From assembly GCF_964204865.1 (NCBI RefSeq), contig NC_135258.1, positions 10,788,001 to 10,852,000 of the forward strand: DNA of 64,000 bases, read 5' to 3'. Positions within the stretch are counted from its first letter, which is position 1; every line of letters begins with the position of its first letter. The notes under the pieces were generated by a model. It did no database searches. It was not told the origin of the DNA and saw only the letters and a program-made list of their open reading frames with translations. Below are positions 61,144 to 64,000 of the stretch, in pieces. Made by a program: the position numbers and the translations under genes. This DNA comes from Styela clava. Its lineage: Eukaryota.

Positions 61144-62357
61144 GTACCCATACAAACCAGTTAAACATTTCTAGACTTTTATTAGGTTATTTTCTCATTA
61201 TTTCATGGGCTTGAGCACACATAATCAGTGGCGTAGCCAGGAGGTGGTTTTGCGGGTCGAATGCCCATAGAAAAAATAGTTGAGCTGTTATTACGGTTAT
61301 AAAAATAGGATAATGCACTTTTCGCTGACAACTCATATGATTACAACAAAGTTTTGCAAAAAAACTGATATATATATGCTGAACATAACAAAATAGGTCT
61401 TTAAATGTTTTCCATATATGCTAATTTCAACATGTATCATTACGCAATGCATAATACGCAAGCAACAGAAAACAAGCGAATATGTTTTTAGTTTACTTAC
61501 GGAATGCTTTGAATAATATGATTAGGTACATTTACATTGAGGAATTACTTAAGTCAACAAACGTCACGCGCTATCACTGTAATGTCAGAAGAAGGGGATA
61601 TAATTAGCAAAGTCGCTGTTATGCACCCGAATCAAAATCCCTCAAGGTTGAATAAATACAATACATATTAATAAATTACCGTTTAGATGTAGTAGGCCTA
61701 TACTGCCACGAAGAATCGTACTACTAGCGCGATGTTTTCCGATGTGGCAAACGCCATTGAAATGATCTGACATAACAGCCACTAGCAACCTTTGTATCTT
61801 TGATAAAGGAATAAACAAGTCTGTGAAGTCGACTAACATCAAATCAACTGAACTAAAGCCAAATGTGCCTTTATCATCACAATATCATTTTCATGTATCC
61901 CCAACAGCGCCACCACCAATTTTAATCGCAAGTATAGCCACGAGTTATTACCTAATATATATATTCTTTCTAATACATATTTATACCTTGCTTATCTCAC
62001 TTCACCTGTACATTTCCACATAGAATCCCTGAATTTAAATAACGTCTAACCGCAAATAAGGTACGATAACTTATTGTATTGTAAAAAAGTTGTTTTATAT
62101 TTGTACAATAATGATTGGATCAAACAAACATCGTAATTTTTGTGTCGACTGATCAATCATTATGTCGCAGACAACCATATTTTTTAAAGTATCTGATTCA
62201 GTTTAAATATAAAACGAAATATCTTAGAATATACATTGCGAAAGCTAGCTTTTAAAATTGCATCTTTATCTTTCCACTCTAACAGTTCTTGAATCCGAAC
62301 ACTTTTCCATCTTCATTTTTTGTTCTTCCCTTATACCGATATAGTTAACCCCTAGTG

Positions 62358-63845
62358 TCAAACTCGAAAAACACCAACTCGTTGTCGACATTTAATGTCC
62401 GCGACAGGTAGTTTATCTCCAGTCCACGGCTTATAGTACATCCTGGGAGCGTCGTTAACATTCAAAGGCTCGAATACCTGAAAATAAAGTAGCAATGCTT
62501 ATGGCCACGGCTATCATGCTCAAGAACATATTAGTGAGCTCTGAGAATTTCAATTGATTAATTAGGACTCCAACTCGTTCGGATATCCGGCTATCGATTG
62601 ACAATATATTTGTGCTTGTCAAATTTTTACCTCGAATTTACTCCCTATTTTTCACGGATAAGAATCCATGGATTCATGGATAGATAATGAAATTTCGCTA
62701 ACAAACTTTGATACTATCAAATATCAATTTATTTTAGTTTCAAATTTTCAACTTGATCTGACATTTCTAATATCTTGGAGTCTGAAATTTATATTCCGGA
62801 GAGATAATAATTTTTACTCTAAATCTTGCAAGTCATAGAAGACTTCGTGTCCAGTTCTATAACATAAATGCCAGATTACTGACTCCAAATCCAAATTATG
62901 AAAGAATTATAAAAGGACATAACAATAGCCTTGTGTTAAAAATTTGGCTTACTCTAAGACCATGAACTTGATGAGCGTATTCAGAAGCAGATCTTCGCCT
63001 TACAAATGCTACATCACGTTGACTTTTTACCGATGGTGACGGTGTAGCATAAGACAATTTCGTCATTGGAACAACTGCCAGTGAAGCACGTCTCATGGGA
63101 AGTGTGGGGGACAATCTTGTAGAATGTTGTGGATGAACTAAATTTGGTGGGGCGGACATGGTACCGTTTTGTCTGCCGGGGACAGTAAGCAAGGGCCGGG
63201 AAAATGTAACACTTGGTCGTTTCTTTACATAATTTGATGGAGGCCTGGAAAAATACAAGAATGTTTTTTTTTTTGAAATATCATTCATTTTAATTCTAAA
63301 TCTACAACAATGGTAAATTATTAGTACTTTTTTGGGCTTGCAAAAACCAACCTATAGGCTAAGGTCGCAAATATGAGCACACCTGAGTTGCCAGAACTGA
63401 CTGGGTGGCCAAGTTGGCCTGGAATCTTTTATAGATCTCGAGGCATCGTTTTGAACTTTCGGTATTCGGGTAGGGTTACCATATTTTTGTGACCTCAAAG
63501 CGGGACGCCTATACGAAGACCATATCTGTGATTTTTAGGGGCCTACATTCAAAAACATCCCGGCTGTCTTCCTTGACCATATTGTCATCGAGAGTTCATG
63601 CGATGTCCGTCTAAATATCGGTTTCGGTTTGAAAAATAGAAAGGAATTTACGTTGACGTTAAGCACCCTTTTGGCATACGCATGGTAAGCCTGTAATTGG
63701 GCATTCAATAAAGTAAGCCACCATGAAGAATACCTTGGAACAGGACTCGGCGACTGACTTTGTGTCCTTGATGGCAGTATTTGAGTTGTGTTTGCTGTTT
63801 GTGGTCTGGGTTGATTTGCAATAAGTTTTCCGACTTCATTTGTCG
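62358..63845 (-). CDS. 3' exons of an uncharacterised Ser/Pro/Arg-rich (probably disordered) protein; 5' end outside the window
   Basis: Phase-compatible exons 63845-63734 (TNEVGKLIANQPRPQT...SPSPVPR), 63244-62953 (PPSNYVKKRPSVTFSRP...RRRSASEY...GLR), 62477-62358 (VFEPLNVNDAPRMYYKPW...GVFRV*). A possible extra exon 63525-63383 also ends in phase 2. Confidence 0.6.
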
Positions 63846-64000
63846 CTATAAATCGATAAAAATCAGTATGAAATCCAAAGTTAGCAGCGTTCTATCTTGC
63901 TCTAAAGGTAAACAAACTATCTATCTGAACGCAATCTGTAAGCTGTTTCTGGCAAGATACCTTTTAGAACAGCAGAATATGTGCGCAAAGCTTCTCCGTA

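Noticed and set aside
61226-61270. Solo CAGTGGCGTAGCCAGG hAT-like terminus
   Set aside because: No convincing matching right end or 8-bp duplication nearby.
48629-62358. Idea that the Ser/Pro-rich exons at 62-64 kb are the 5' part of the FN3-RING gene
   Set aside because: The 62477-62358 exon ends in an in-frame TGA, so it terminates a separate gene.

Overview
AT-rich, intron-containing eukaryotic DNA; an invertebrate chordate such as an ascidian is likely, but that is inference. Reading splice sites and reading-frame phases by hand gives five host genes. (1) The 3' six exons of a class A peptide-type GPCR (+, 333-20948; DRY, CWLP, NPILY; resembles RXFP3/4, angiotensin and apelin receptors). 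(2) A 13-exon TMEM168 homologue (+, ~26113-31691). (3) An orphan secreted protein with a signal peptide, a CUB-like region, a sushi/CCP module and a Cys-rich tail (+, 32994-~40390). (4) An unusual gene encoding six tandem fibronectin type III domains fused to a C-terminal IAP-type RING finger, with no evident signal peptide or transmembrane helix (-, 43704-~48629). (5) The 3' end of a Ser/Pro/Arg-rich gene (-, 62358 to beyond 63845). Roughly 30% of the window is recognisable transposon DNA: a near-intact 3.0-kb hAT element in a GPCR intron, a 2.2-kb non-autonomous Charlie-like hAT, several MITEs, a Tx1/L1-type LINE relic, and a full-length BEL/Pao LTR retrotransposon (48872-61143; 741-bp LTRs about 99% identical; GTACC target duplication). 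The BEL Gag zinc knuckle is split by a nested 4.8-kb non-coding hAT-like element. The most novel-looking item is the cassette-exon FN3x6-RING putative E3 ligase. All gene models are manual and unverified by transcript data.
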